Positions 9,795 to 19,109 of a stretch of DNA of 64,000 nt are shown piece by piece; within the stretch, counting starts at the first letter, position 1, and each line of letters begins with the position of its first letter. The translations under genes and the position numbers were made by a program. The notes beneath the pieces were generated by a model. The model was not told the origin of the DNA. It did not search any database and saw only the letters and a list, made by a program, of their open reading frames with translations. This stretch comes from Minisyncoccia bacterium (GTDB lineage Bacteria > Patescibacteriota > Minisyncoccia > Phycocordibacterales > UBA9973), in contig JBAQNN010000003.1 of assembly GCA_049303835.1 (NCBI GenBank), positions 114,820 through 178,819 of the forward strand. The letters are read 5' to 3'.

Positions 9795-10805
9795 TTAAAA
9801 CTTTTTTAAGATTTTAGATAGATCGTCATTTAGCTTCTTTACCATTTTATCATCAAACAAAGACAAAACAAATACCTTCTTGCAGATTTTTTTGAATTCT
9901 GCAACTTTTTTTAGAACGATTTTTATATCATCTACTACATCACTTTTTGTCAAAATAATTATCTCTTCTTTAGAAGCAAGTCCGTCTTCACCCAAGCTCA
10001 ATTTCTTATCATATTTTTCAAGTTCTTTTCTTATTTCTTTATAACTTTTTATCATCCCCGTACTACCTTTGGATAAATTTTCAAAGGAAACAAGGTGTGC
10101 GAGCATTTTGGTACGTTTAATGTGTCGTAAAAATTTTACTCCGAGACCTTTGCCATCCGATGCCCCTTCAATAATTCCGGGAATATCAGCAATTATATAG
10201 CCATAAAAATCTCCCAAGTTCGGATCCAAAGTAGTGAAAGCATAGTCCCCAACTTTCGCATCCGCATTGGTAAGTGTATTCAGAAGAGAACTCTTCCCCG
10301 CATTCGGTAAACCTATCAACCCAATATCGGCAAAAAGCTCCAGCTCAATTTTAAAATCTCCTCTCTCGCCCTCTTGCCCCTCCCGCGACTCCTTCGGAGT
10401 AGTATTCGTAGAACTTTTGAAATGTTCATTACCAAAACCTCCATACCCGCCTCTTAAAATCAAAAATTTCTCTCCAGGCTCCGAGAGTTGCCATACTTCA
10501 TCAGTCTCTAAATTGGTGACAATAGAACCTACAGGTAATTCTAAAATAAAATCCTCACCGTTCTTTCCGTGAAGACTTTTATTCCCGCCATCTTCTCCAC
10601 GCCCTGCAACAAAACTCTTCTTCGCTTTATATTTTGAAAGGATGTGTATATCCCGCACTGCCATAACATAAAAATCGCCACCACGTCCGCCGTCTCCGCC
10701 CGAGGGTCCGCCCTTTGGCACGAATTTCTCTTGACGCCAACGCACTACACCGTCACCACCACGTCCGGCTTCTGCATAAATTTTCATTTCATCAATAAAC
10801 GCCAT
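9795..10805 (-). CDS. obg: GTPase Obg
   Basis: Gly-rich Obg fold N-terminus (GGDGGRGGD), G1 motif GLPNAGKSS, DIPGII G3 region. Confidence 0.9.
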   Translation of the reverse strand: MAFIDEMKIYAEAGRGGDGVVRWRQEKFVPKGGPSGGDGGRGGDFYVMAVRDIHILSKYKAKKSFVAGRGEDGGNKSLHGKNGEDFILELPVGSIVTNLETDEVWQLSEPGEKFLILRGGYGGFGNEHFKSSTNTTPKESREGQEGERGDFKIELELFADIGLIGLPNAGKSSLLNTLTNADAKVGDYAFTTLDPNLGDFYGYIIADIPGIIEGASDGKGLGVKFLRHIKRTKMLAHLVSFENLSKGSTGMIKSYKEIRKELEKYDKKLSLGEDGLASKEEIIILTKSDVVDDIKIVLKKVAEFKKICKKVFVLSLFDDKMVKKLNDDLSKILKKF

Positions 10806-10809
10806 ATAC

Positions 10810-11709
10810 TTAAGATTCTAGCGCAATTTGCGCTAATTTGATAGCTCCTTCTTTAGATTTGGCAACTGCCATAAACAAAGCCCGATGGCAAAATATAGCG
10901 TCAGAGACTCCTGTAATTTTTTGTAATTCATTATCTTTTAATCCGGCCCAGGAATTCGGTAGATTTTTTTTATTTTCAAAACTTTTAAAATCTTTACGGA
11001 TGGCCTCAACCCCCCAAGAATTGTCAGTGCTCCTAGGATAAACTATATAAATAGTTTCAGTGAGTTTTTCCAAAACTTCTTTTTTGTCATAGTTTTTGTC
11101 TAAGACAATAATTTTTTTATTTTCCGTATTTTCGTAAATTGACAAGATTGTCTCATCCGCTAAGACTGAATCTTGCGCATATATTATTTCTCGGGACAAA
11201 ATCTCTTTAGCTATTTGAACACTTTTTAGAAACATCCGATCAACATCCAAATCTGTTTCCCTCCAAGTAGGACGCAATACTCTAAAAAAATCTTGAATCA
11301 AATACGGAAATATCTCATGTTTGCTCTCTACCAAATCAAAACCATTGTCGGAAGCATCTATCGGAGCGACCAAATGTCTGTCTATTATCATTTTTGCTTT
11401 CTCTCCACCTGTGAGTTTTTCACCGAATTTTTTCCAGACCAAACCGAAAGAAGAATATTCTATATTATTTTCACGCTTCCCCGCGCCACCTTTCTGATGA
11501 TGATCAAAACGATTTAAACTTTCATCATAAATTCCACCCACATCAAAAACATAATCCCCTGTCGTGATTATCTCCTCATCTCTGGTACGGATCACCTCAA
11601 ATTCTTCTCCAGCTTTTTCAAGGATCAGACTCAGAGTCGCACAAGCGAAAATATCATCCGCGTGAAAAGATCCATTGTGGGTTATTAATTTTTTACTGTT
11701 TATTGCCAT
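10810..11709 (-). CDS. MYG1/UPF0160 family metal-dependent hydrolase
   Basis: THNGSFHADD motif near the N-terminus; the longer ORF to 11766 would overlap the DedA-like gene, so the internal Met was chosen. Confidence 0.6.
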   Translation of the reverse strand: MAINSKKLITHNGSFHADDIFACATLSLILEKAGEEFEVIRTRDEEIITTGDYVFDVGGIYDESLNRFDHHQKGGAGKRENNIEYSSFGLVWKKFGEKLTGGEKAKMIIDRHLVAPIDASDNGFDLVESKHEIFPYLIQDFFRVLRPTWRETDLDVDRMFLKSVQIAKEILSREIIYAQDSVLADETILSIYENTENKKIIVLDKNYDKKEVLEKLTETIYIVYPRSTDNSWGVEAIRKDFKSFENKKNLPNSWAGLKDNELQKITGVSDAIFCHRALFMAVAKSKEGAIKLAQIALES

Positions 11710-12301
11710 GATAAAATTCTTCAAATAATTCATAAAGCCAACCGACAAATTTATCAAAAAGAACAAAGATTATAAACATGACGAGAATTACCATAGAGAA
11801 TTTCCAAATTTCCCTGGTAATGTGAAGTGCAGTATAACCAAAGAAATATCCGACGGACAACATAAACGGAGCCCAGATTAAGGTAGATGAAATTTCCGCT
11901 TTCAAAAATTTTTTATATTCTATTCCTTCATAACCGGCAAAAATAACCACCAGATAATTTGCCCCCATGATAAATTTTGAAACAAAGATGGACCAAAAAG
12001 GTTTGACCTTAAATCTGGGCAAGATGGCATATACTCTTCTTTGGATATAACCAAAAACTTTATTATGATTATATTTTTTATATAAAAATTTACCAAAGGC
12101 ATAGCCTAAAATAGTTTTAGAAAAACCACCCAAAAGAATAAATAAAAGAGAAAACCAAAAATTCAAAGCTCCCAAGTGCGTCAAAATTCCCGTGGAAATA
12201 ATAAATATTTCTCCTTCAAATATTAATCCCAGATAAATTACCACATAGGCCAAAACCTGATGATGTTCTACCAGACTAGTCAAAAGGTTTACGGTATGCA
12301 T
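11693..12301 (-). CDS. DedA/VTT-domain family membrane protein
   Basis: Multi-TM protein with an LGLIFEGE-type DedA motif; 202 aa. Confidence 0.55.
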   Translation of the reverse strand: MHTVNLLTSLVEHHQVLAYVVIYLGLIFEGEIFIISTGILTHLGALNFWFSLLFILLGGFSKTILGYAFGKFLYKKYNHNKVFGYIQRRVYAILPRFKVKPFWSIFVSKFIMGANYLVVIFAGYEGIEYKKFLKAEISSTLIWAPFMLSVGYFFGYTALHITREIWKFSMVILVMFIIFVLFDKFVGWLYELFEEFYHGNKQ

Positions 12302-12322
12302 GATAAATATTTAAAATACAAA

Positions 12323-12772
12323 TTAGAACATAAGATCCACGACTTCCTTGACTATGGAGCCATCCGCTTTACCTTTTAAGTCTTTCATCAGTGCGGACAT
12401 CAGCATCCCCTTTTTTGTAGCATCCGTTATGCCAAGCTCTTCTTTTTTTATTTTGGCGATTTTTTCTACTTCATCTCTGTCCATCATTTTTGGTAAATAT
12501 GTTTCCAGAATTGAAAGCTCTTCTTGTTCTTTTATGGCCAAATCCTCACGGTTTCCTTTTTTGAACTGCTCTATTGAGTCCTTGCGTTGTTTGGAGAGAC
12601 GAGAAATAACGGCGACCGCTTCTTCGTCGGTGAGCATTTCATTTGGCTTTTTGCCTTTACTAACGAGTTCGTTGGTAAAAGAAGAAAGCATGTTTCGGTA
12701 TGTCAAAAGCCGTACATTGTCTTTGGCCATCATCGCTTCTTTTATCTTATCTTTTATTTGTTCGTGAATCAT
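12323..12772 (-). CDS. GatB/YqeY domain-containing protein
   Basis: Around 150 aa, helical, YqeY-like pattern (TYRNMLSSF..., LSILETYLPK); start at the internal Met (MIHEQ). Confidence 0.7.
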   Translation of the reverse strand: MIHEQIKDKIKEAMMAKDNVRLLTYRNMLSSFTNELVSKGKKPNEMLTDEEAVAVISRLSKQRKDSIEQFKKGNREDLAIKEQEELSILETYLPKMMDRDEVEKIAKIKKEELGITDATKKGMLMSALMKDLKGKADGSIVKEVVDLMF

Positions 12773-12807
12773 ACACACATTGTAGCAAATTATGATAAAA
12801 TAATAAA

Positions 12808-13536
12808 ATGCCAAACATAAAACAAAGACTAATATTTTTTGATACAGAGACTACGGGCAACACAGAAAAAGATTTCTTGATTCAAATCGCCTACAAAGTA
12901 AATAGTGAAACTTTCGTTGGCCTTTACAAACCGGAAGTCAAAATTCCCCCGGAAGCTTCTGCCGTACACCACATCACTGATAAGATGGTTGCAGAGAAGC
13001 CGACTTTCAAAGAAAGTACGGATCAGCCCATAATCAAAAAACTTTTTGAAGCTAAAGACTCCGTCGTCATCGCCCACAACGCACCTTTTGACCTGATGAT
13101 CATAAAAAAAGAAGAGATTGTTCCAAATAAATTTATCTGCACCTTGAGAGTAGCCAGATATTTAGACAAGGAAGGAAAAATTGAACGATATAATTTGCAA
13201 TACTTGCGCTATTTGCTTGATTTGGAGGTAGAAGCTGTCGCGCACGATGCCTTGGGTGATGTATTGGTATTGGAAAAACTTTTTGGCAGACTCTTGAAAA
13301 AATTAATGGAAACAGAAAACTTGGATGGAGAAGACGCGATAGAAAAAATGATAGAAATTTCTTCGCATCCTTCCCTTTTGCTCACTTTTAACTTTGGAAA
13401 ACACACCGGTAAAAAAATAGGAGACGTGCTCATGACTGACCGAGGATATTTGGAATGGCTCCTTTCCCAAAAACTAGAAAGCGATCAAATAGAAGATGAT
13501 TGGATTTACACACTCAAGCACTATTTGGAAAAATAA
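12808..13536 (+). CDS. DEDDh 3'-5' exonuclease (DnaQ-like) with C-terminal DUF3820-like domain
   Basis: Exo I FFDTETTG, Exo II AHNAPFD and Exo III HDALGD motifs; C-terminal FGKHTGKKIGDV...YLEWLL. Confidence 0.8.
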   Translation: MPNIKQRLIFFDTETTGNTEKDFLIQIAYKVNSETFVGLYKPEVKIPPEASAVHHITDKMVAEKPTFKESTDQPIIKKLFEAKDSVVIAHNAPFDLMIIKKEEIVPNKFICTLRVARYLDKEGKIERYNLQYLRYLLDLEVEAVAHDALGDVLVLEKLFGRLLKKLMETENLDGEDAIEKMIEISSHPSLLLTFNFGKHTGKKIGDVLMTDRGYLEWLLSQKLESDQIEDDWIYTLKHYLEK

Positions 13537-13539
13537 TTT

Positions 13540-13568
13540 TTGACAAAACAGATTTATCATGCATAATG
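13540..13568 (+). promoter_or_regulatory. sigma70-like promoter: TTGACA, 17 nt, (c)ATAATg, with TG extension; drives cassette B
   Basis: Consensus -35 hexamer at 13540-13545 and -10 at 13563-13568, about 30 nt upstream of the AAGGAGG SD. Confidence 0.55.
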
Positions 13569-13602
13569 TTGCTTAAGTTATAAGTTCTTAAGGAGGATAG
13601 GA

Positions 13603-13827
13603 ATGAACGGCAAGCTGATCGTCATGATCAAAAGGAACGGAGGCTGGTCTGGACACGTCTTTGATGGCGCGAAGTGTGTCCAGGACCTGGATGTTCCCGC
13701 GGGTCTTCGTGTGGGTGACGGAAGTCTCGTCGCCTACGTGGAAGAAGTCGCCACCAAGATGGGCCTCGTGCCGACGGAAGTGGACTGGTCACCCCACGTG
13801 TTTCAGTTGTCTTCCCCTACCAAGTAG
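13603..13827 (+). CDS. GC-rich cassette B: 74-aa hypothetical protein
   Basis: AAGGAGG SD 7 nt upstream of ATG; about 57% GC; codons GGC/GTG/GAG atypical for the host; terminator immediately downstream. Confidence 0.6.
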   Translation: MNGKLIVMIKRNGGWSGHVFDGAKCVQDLDVPAGLRVGDGSLVAYVEEVATKMGLVPTEVDWSPHVFQLSSPTK

Positions 13828-13832
13828 ACCCC

Positions 13833-13876
13833 AGCCACCAAAGAAGCCACGCTTCTTTGGTGGCTTCTTTGTTTTT
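13833..13876 (+). terminator. rho-independent terminator (agccaccaaagaagc / gcttctttggtggct plus tctttgttttt)
   Basis: Perfect 15-bp stem, 3-nt loop, T-tract. Confidence 0.8.
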
Positions 13877-13894
13877 AAGTGCTAAAATAAACAG

Positions 13895-14881
13895 ATGGAA
13901 AATATTCTTTTTATATTATTGGGATTGATTGCAGGAGGTGTAGTCGTTTATTTTATTTTCGGCAACAAAAAGAAAGAAGAGAAAAAAGAAGACAACGGAG
14001 CACTACTCATGCTCCAGCAACAAATGGCAGACCTGACTCGCGAAGTAAATAAAAATTTGATAGAGGTAGCGCGCGAACAAACGAAAACCAACGAAGCCAC
14101 CAGACAATTTATCACCATCGCCGATAAACTTGGAGACCTGGAGAAAACCCTTAAACACCAAAAACAACGTGGTAATTGGGGTGAAGCTTCGCTTGAACTC
14201 ATACTTTCAAATACCCTCGCGCCGGGGCAATTTAAAATGCAATATGAATTTAAAAATAAAGAAGTAGTGGACGCCGTCATCATCACCAAAGAAGGCATCA
14301 TCCCTATAGATGCAAAATTTTCTCTGGACAATTATGACCGAGTGGTACACGCGATGGACGAACGACAACGCGAAGAATTGGAAAAGGAATTCAAAAATGA
14401 TTTAAAGAAAAGAATAGACGAGACAGCCAAATATGTACGCCCCGAAGAAGGCACTTTGCCGTTTGCTTTTATGTATATTCCCGCCGAAGCTATCTATTAT
14501 GATTTGCTCGTAAACGAGGTGGGCTCTATAAAAGTAAACACTCGTAATCTCATAGACTACGCCTACAACGAAAAGAAAGTCATCGTCATTTCACCGACGA
14601 CCTTTATGGCATATTTACAATCCGTGCTCTATGGTTTCAAGGCTTTCAAGATAGAAGAATCAGCCAAAGAAATAATCAAGAAAGTGAGCGACTTAACAAA
14701 ACATTTAAAATCATACGAGGAATATCATAACAAACTAGGAAATGCCATCGGTACTGTCGTCAATCATTACCAAGCTTCCGGGAGAGAATATAAAAAAATA
14801 GACAAAGATGTTTTAAAAATCACCGGCACTTCGCCAGACATAAATCTTTTAGAAATAGAAAAACCCAAAATAGAAGACTAA
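13895..14881 (+). CDS. rmuC: DNA recombination protein RmuC
   Basis: N-terminal TM helix, long coiled coil and C-terminal RmuC nuclease-like region (FAFMYIPAEAIYYDL). Confidence 0.7.
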   Translation: MENILFILLGLIAGGVVVYFIFGNKKKEEKKEDNGALLMLQQQMADLTREVNKNLIEVAREQTKTNEATRQFITIADKLGDLEKTLKHQKQRGNWGEASLELILSNTLAPGQFKMQYEFKNKEVVDAVIITKEGIIPIDAKFSLDNYDRVVHAMDERQREELEKEFKNDLKKRIDETAKYVRPEEGTLPFAFMYIPAEAIYYDLLVNEVGSIKVNTRNLIDYAYNEKKVIVISPTTFMAYLQSVLYGFKAFKIEESAKEIIKKVSDLTKHLKSYEEYHNKLGNAIGTVVNHYQASGREYKKIDKDVLKITGTSPDINLLEIEKPKIED

Positions 14882-14926
14882 AACGAAAAGGCCCCAGCGA
14901 CTCCTCCTGGTGTCGCTGGGGCTTGA
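14882..14926. terminator. bidirectional GC hairpin terminator (gccccagcgac..gtcgctggggc) shared by rmuC (+) and cassette C (-)
   Basis: 11-bp stem flanked by an A-run on the left and a T-rich stretch on the right. Confidence 0.65.
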
Positions 14927-14951
14927 ATATGTGTGTACTATAAAAAGAACG

Positions 14952-15404
14952 CTACTGCGGTCGGAGGTTCTCCACCTCTCTGTAGAATGCCTCCAGGTTG
15001 GCTCCCTGCTCGGGGAAAAAGTATTTCCCCTTCTTGGCCATCGCGACCATCCGATCCAGAACCTTGTTCACCTCCTTAGGGTTTACCTTCTCTCTGTTGA
15101 GTTTCTTGAGGAGAACAGAGTAGTAGTTCGGCCAGGAGCCACTCGGCTCCACGCCGGACTCCACCGCATTCAGCTCTTGGTGGAGCAGTCTGAGGGTGGT
15201 GTGGTTCTCCATGTCAGAGAGCCAAAAGTGCAGGTCCTTCACCTTCCTTTCCATTTGCACAACCCTTCTTTCCAACTGAGCGACCTCGGTGATGGATTTG
15301 TCCACCTTCTTCTCGGTGGGCGTTCGGTAGGACGTGGGGAGGATGAGGAAAAAGATGGATACCAATCCTATGGCGAAGAGCGAAGAAGGTCTCCTTGTGG
15401 GCAT
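14952..15404 (-). CDS. GC-rich cassette C: 150-aa membrane-anchored hypothetical protein
   Basis: TAGGAGGT SD 7 nt before ATG; N-terminal hydrophobic signal-anchor (LFAIGLVSIFFLILP); GC-rich; charged coiled-coil-like remainder; no family recognised. Confidence 0.6.
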   Translation of the reverse strand: MPTRRPSSLFAIGLVSIFFLILPTSYRTPTEKKVDKSITEVAQLERRVVQMERKVKDLHFWLSDMENHTTLRLLHQELNAVESGVEPSGSWPNYYSVLLKKLNREKVNPKEVNKVLDRMVAMAKKGKYFFPEQGANLEAFYREVENLRPQ

Positions 15405-15500
15405 CTGATAACCTCCTAAATCCCAAATTCACAATTCCGCGCTTAATATAGCATACTCTAAAATAAAATGTTATATTCTCCATTAAGGTTCCTTGTATAT

Positions 15501-15572
15501 GGCCTCATCGTCTAATAGTCAGGACACAAGCTTCTCAAGCTTGGAATTCGGGTGCGATTCCCGGTGAGGTCA
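15501..15572 (+). tRNA. tRNA-Glu (anticodon CUC)
   Basis: Hand-folded cloverleaf: acceptor ggcctca/tgaggtc, anticodon stem caagc/gcttg, loop ttCTCaa; paralog of the tRNA-Glu(UUC) at 30874. Confidence 0.8.
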
Positions 15573-15647
15573 CAAATCTTTTGTCTTTTTCTTTTTATGT
15601 GATATAAAACAAGCGAATGCACATCCAAGAAATTAAGGGGGAAAATT

Positions 15648-15884
15648 ATGCCTAGAAGAATCGGCACTCTCACTCAGAGCATCTCTCATCTCGGGAGGAT
15701 GCTCACTCAAGGCAACGAGATGAACAGCGGAACCCGTCGGACCATCATGGACACCGCCGGGTTCAACCTGACCATGGTAATAGGCCCCAGGATGGAGGAG
15801 ATTCACAGGGCACTCAAGGATGGGGACTCCAAGATGGCCCTTGAACTCCTTGAAAAGGAGATTGAGTACAGCATCAGTATCTAG
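15648..15884 (+). CDS. GC-rich cassette E: 78-aa hypothetical protein
   Basis: AAGGGGGAA SD; GC-rich; plausible TTGTCT / N16-17 / TATAAA promoter at 15581-15608; terminator follows. Confidence 0.55.
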   Translation: MPRRIGTLTQSISHLGRMLTQGNEMNSGTRRTIMDTAGFNLTMVIGPRMEEIHRALKDGDSKMALELLEKEIEYSISI

Positions 15885-15932
15885 ACCCGCCCACACAGCG
15901 CAAGACTCGCTTTCGGGCGGGTTTTGTGTTTA
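15885..15932 (+). terminator. rho-independent terminator (acccgccc..gggcgggt plus ttttgtgttt)
   Basis: 8-bp GC stem with inner gcg/cgc pairing, T-tract. Confidence 0.65.
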
Positions 15933-15939
15933 TTAGTTC

Positions 15940-17238
15940 TTAAACATTAGATTTTTTATTATTTTCTTTATGTTCTTTTTTGATATCTCTATAAAGAGAA
16001 ATTAAATCCGAAGCAATATTTTTACTACAAAATTTTTCTGCCGTTTGTTTTGCTTTCACGGCCATTTCAATACGTTTTGCATTATCATTCAAAAGCTCTC
16101 TGGCTCGTTCTTCGGCCTCTTCTTCGGTTGATACGATAAACCCATTTTCTCCATTTTGTATAATCTCCGGGGCAATCCCGACAGAAAATGATATCGGCAC
16201 TAATCCTTGAGACATTCCTTCCACCAAGCTCAGAGAAAATCCTTCATATCTGGAAGATATAAAAAGGATGCTCCCAAAAAGCGGAGCAAGGGCGCCAGGA
16301 ATCAAATCTTTCCGTAGATTCACATACATGTAATGTTTTGGAAAAGAAACTTTCAACCATTCTTTTAATTTAAAATTCGTAGTCATGCATATCGTAGTTT
16401 TTGGAATTTCAGGAAAAGCCCGATAAAAATTTACCAACCTAGAAAGTCCTTTTATTTTTAAGGTAAAAACATCATTACCAAGCCTCCCCAAAAATACTAG
16501 GTGTGGAGCTTGTATGTCTGTGGTTCTCGGTGGGAGGAACCAGTAATCTTCAATAGCATTATGGATAATGAAAATTTTCTCTTTTGGCACCCCGACACTT
16601 TCTAATTCGTCTTTCACTTTTTGAGATGTGGCGATACAGGCAGTCGCGCGAGAAGCAGCTATCGTTTCTATGTCTGCAATATCTTCCATTGGGCGAAATG
16701 TCTTTAAATCAAATTCCGGAATAATTTTTAACTTTACCAGTTCTTTAAAAACTTGTTGTTCTTTCAGCGGTAATTTCTTAGTAGGAAGTACAGTATTAAG
16801 AAAACCATAGGTTGTAGATCCAAAATGACAAACTACCGGCGTATTGAAAGTCAAAAAAGGCAAAGGTGTATAAGTAGTCCCCTGGATAATATCAAATTTT
16901 AAAATTTCTTTTTTATTTTCAAGCATTGAATAGAAAAAAAGGATATTCGCTATCCCTTTTAAATGTGCTGGAGCGTCAGAAAGTTGAAGTTTTGGATAAA
17001 AATGCTTGACCTGAACCCCGAAAGCTCCTAGGGCCTGAGCCATAAAACGATTGATTTGAGCTGCTCCTGTATGCATGCCTGTATGAATCCGTTTTTCGTT
17101 GTGAATAAAAGCAACCTTGATGCCGGTTTTTTTTAATGTCTTAGGTATAGAATCAACTTTCTCAGAGTGAAACATTTTCAAAATAGAGCGTGTAAAATAA
17201 AAAGCGCGTCTTTGTAGTCCTTGTTCTTTTTTTTGCAT
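15940..17238 (-). CDS. glycosyltransferase family 4 (GT-B, group 1)
   Basis: C-terminal EGFSLSLVEGMSQGLVPIS motif (E-x7-E signature region); start codon uncertain (could be 17175-17289). Confidence 0.65.
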   Translation of the reverse strand: MQKKEQGLQRRAFYFTRSILKMFHSEKVDSIPKTLKKTGIKVAFIHNEKRIHTGMHTGAAQINRFMAQALGAFGVQVKHFYPKLQLSDAPAHLKGIANILFFYSMLENKKEILKFDIIQGTTYTPLPFLTFNTPVVCHFGSTTYGFLNTVLPTKKLPLKEQQVFKELVKLKIIPEFDLKTFRPMEDIADIETIAASRATACIATSQKVKDELESVGVPKEKIFIIHNAIEDYWFLPPRTTDIQAPHLVFLGRLGNDVFTLKIKGLSRLVNFYRAFPEIPKTTICMTTNFKLKEWLKVSFPKHYMYVNLRKDLIPGALAPLFGSILFISSRYEGFSLSLVEGMSQGLVPISFSVGIAPEIIQNGENGFIVSTEEEAEERARELLNDNAKRIEMAVKAKQTAEKFCSKNIASDLISLYRDIKKEHKENNKKSNV

Positions 17239-17318
17239 TATACTTTCATTATAAAACATATTTGAAAAAATAAAAGGTGATAGCAACAAAAAAATAAAAT
17301 TGTAGTATAATAAATACT

Positions 17319-17795
17319 ATGAAAAAAATTTTATTAATAATTATAATCCTCGCTATCGTTGTATTGGCAGTGCTTTGGCAACCAAAAAATATCAATACTG
17401 ACGTCACTCCCAATGTCCCAGAAATGGATCCTGTTCAAAAAGCCGAGATAGAAAGTAAAAAAGATCTCATCCGCCTGGAAACTCCTATCCCAAACGGCAC
17501 TATTACCAGTCCCCTCCTTATCAAAGGAAAAGCACGGGGAAATTGGTTCTTTGAAGCAAGTTTTCCGATATTTTTGACTAATTGGGATGGGCTCATAATT
17601 GCCGAAGGGTATGCCACAGCCGAAGGTGAATGGATGACGACAGAATTCGTGCCCTTTACTGCAACTATCTCATTTATAAATCCCCCACACCCGACAGACA
17701 GAAACAATGGCAGTCTAATTTTGAAAAAAGACAACCCTTCCGGATTACCTGAACATGACGACGCCCTAGAGATACCTATATTCTTCGGCCAATAA
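17319..17795 (+). CDS. Gmad2 immunoglobulin-like domain protein (membrane-anchored)
   Basis: N-terminal TM anchor; GNWFFEASFP...DGLIIAEGYATAEGEWM pattern typical of Gmad2/GerMN-like Ig domains. Confidence 0.55.
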   Translation: MKKILLIIIILAIVVLAVLWQPKNINTDVTPNVPEMDPVQKAEIESKKDLIRLETPIPNGTITSPLLIKGKARGNWFFEASFPIFLTNWDGLIIAEGYATAEGEWMTTEFVPFTATISFINPPHPTDRNNGSLILKKDNPSGLPEHDDALEIPIFFGQ

Positions 17796-17802
17796 TTTTT
17801 TA

Positions 17803-19107
17803 TTATTTATTCTTCCACTCGTCGTCCTGGCGAACCAAGAGTCTATCTTTGTTTTTTTGGTCCGAGAGTATCGCTTCCACTACACGCTCCATGCGTATCC
17901 CTTGTGATCCTTTCACTAGTATCATATCGCCTGGTTGAACAAAAGTTTTTATAAACTCTCCAGCTTCGTGCGAATCTAAAAATTCAAATATATTTTCTCC
18001 ACCCATACCACAGGAAAAAGCTCCCTCTTTGATAGCTTTAGCTCTCTGACCGACTACTATAAGCACATCCTCTTTTCTGTTTAAATTTTCTTGAGCTATC
18101 TTCCCTATGTTTTTATGAGCTTCTACTGTATGCCGTCCTAGCTCTAACATATCACCCAAAATAGCAATTTTTCTACCTTCCCACTTCATCGTTCCTAAGG
18201 TTTTAAGTGCGGACTCACATGCAAATGGAGAAGAGTTGTAGGTATCATCTAATATCAAACTACCTTTTATTCCGTTTAAAAGTCGCATTCTTCCAGGTGG
18301 AACATCATAGTTTTTCAATGAATTTGCCGCAGCCAACATGTTGAATTTTAGTCCGGAGGACAAGGCCAAGGCTGCCAAAGAGGCATACACATGATTACGT
18401 CCAAATACTCCCTCTATAATAACGGGCAAACTAGTTCCTTTTTCATCCACTCTAAAAATTACTCCTGCTGGTTCGTCTTTGTCGTTAAAAAATATTTTAT
18501 CATCCGAACCCAGGATATCCGCTCCTTCTTCAAAACCATAAGTAACGGAACGACATTTACTTTTAGTTTTCATCTCTAAAACGATCTTATCGTCGGCATT
18601 CAACACGAGAAGACCGTCTGATTTTAAAGTTTTTATAAGCTGACTTTTTTCCTCTACCAAGTGTTTGTGAGAATTGAAAAATTCAATATGAGGAGGAGTC
18701 TCTCCTATGGCGGTGATAATGACGGCATCCGTAGAGAGCCAGGAAGCTGTCTTTTTCATATCTTCTGGTTTACCCACTCCCACTTCAAGGACGAGCCATT
18801 CCGGATATTTATGGGGCCAGATAAACAACCACAAACCTTTTAAAATATTTATTAACCAGACAAATGGATCACTCCATCCATTTGGACACCCCAAAATAGT
18901 AAGGGGCAAACCTATTTCACTATTAAAACTTTTCTCGCTTTTACGGACGTAGGCAATCTTGGAAAGTACGGCGTATACTGCATCTTTAGTGGAAGTTTTG
19001 CCAAGAGATCCGGTGATAGCGATAATCTTCGGCTTGTATTTCCGAAGTACAAGCTGTGATTCTATCCTGAGAATATAAGTTATAGCTTTTTTAAAACTGA
19101 TTTTCAT
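17803..19107 (-). CDS. murF: Mur ligase, probably UDP-MurNAc-tripeptide--D-Ala-D-Ala ligase MurF
   Basis: Mur ligase ATP-binding P-loop AITGSLGKTSTKD; lies downstream of ftsI in the dcw cluster; 434 aa is MurF-sized, but MurE/MurF cannot be separated by eye. Confidence 0.6.
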   Translation of the reverse strand: MKISFKKAITYILRIESQLVLRKYKPKIIAITGSLGKTSTKDAVYAVLSKIAYVRKSEKSFNSEIGLPLTILGCPNGWSDPFVWLINILKGLWLFIWPHKYPEWLVLEVGVGKPEDMKKTASWLSTDAVIITAIGETPPHIEFFNSHKHLVEEKSQLIKTLKSDGLLVLNADDKIVLEMKTKSKCRSVTYGFEEGADILGSDDKIFFNDKDEPAGVIFRVDEKGTSLPVIIEGVFGRNHVYASLAALALSSGLKFNMLAAANSLKNYDVPPGRMRLLNGIKGSLILDDTYNSSPFACESALKTLGTMKWEGRKIAILGDMLELGRHTVEAHKNIGKIAQENLNRKEDVLIVVGQRAKAIKEGAFSCGMGGENIFEFLDSHEAGEFIKTFVQPGDMILVKGSQGIRMERVVEAILSDQKNKDRLLVRQDDEWKNK

Positions 19108-19109
19108 AT

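Noticed and set aside
14910-15483. Plus-strand 169-aa ORF and minus-strand 89-aa ORF overlapping the cassette C gene
   Set aside because: Both are antisense or offset frames within a GC-rich segment. They lack initiation signals, and the 14952..15404 minus ORF has the SD and terminator.
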